DNA of 64,000 nucleotides from Sphagnum compactum (Eukaryota): NCBI GenBank assembly GCA_965153455.1, contig OZ234493.1, positions 1 to 64,000 of the forward strand, read 5' to 3'. Shown piece by piece: positions 63,905 to 64,000 of this stretch (position 1 is its first letter; each line of letters starts with the position of its first letter). The notes under the pieces were generated by a model. It saw only the letters and a program-made list of their open reading frames with translations, ran no database searches and was not told where the DNA came from. The position numbers and the translations under genes were made by a program.

Positions 63905-64000
63905 CGCAACTTGAAGGATTGTGCGGAGGAGTATGTGAAGACTTGTTTAACTTGTCAACAAAACCAGACCCTCAACAAGAAGCAAGCGGGTTTGTTACAA
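63905..64000 (+). mobile_element. Ty3/Gypsy integrase zinc-binding region fragment (runs off the window)
   Basis: RNLKDCAEEYVKTCLTCQQNQTLNKKQAGLLQ matches the Gypsy integrase YV..C..CQ..K....GLLQP segment. Confidence 0.8.

Overview
AT-rich, intron-containing eukaryotic DNA from a non-seed land plant, most consistent with a moss such as Sphagnum (inference from TTTAGGG telomere motifs, a plant MurA fragment and a hydrolase-type NLR). I can build two intact spliced genes, both on the minus strand, with the same 5' exon/phase architecture. (1) A 1002-aa alpha/beta-hydrolase-NB-ARC-LRR immune receptor (6836-2738) whose MHD motif reads LHG. (2) A 915-aa protein (51541-47071) in which a catalytically dead copy of the same hydrolase domain is fused to unknown domains, ending in a Ser/Thr-rich beta-strand domain that resembles beta-pore-forming toxins. 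Between them is a GC-rich, intronless, decayed ~1570-codon gene (26704-31424) that joins C2H2 fingers, a DUF3505-like domain, a tyrosine-recombinase catalytic domain and a RecQ helicase, the architecture of fungal telomere-linked helicases. It sits in a ~20-kb mosaic of host gene fragments (MurA, FKBP, PHO1), duplications, ~334-bp tandem arrays and a repeat family ending hairpin...ATA|GG, and may be a large cargo-carrying mobile element. The rest is transposon debris (Harbinger MITEs, hAT, CACTA, Gypsy) and tandem duplications. All family assignments come from motif recognition by eye, not database searches.
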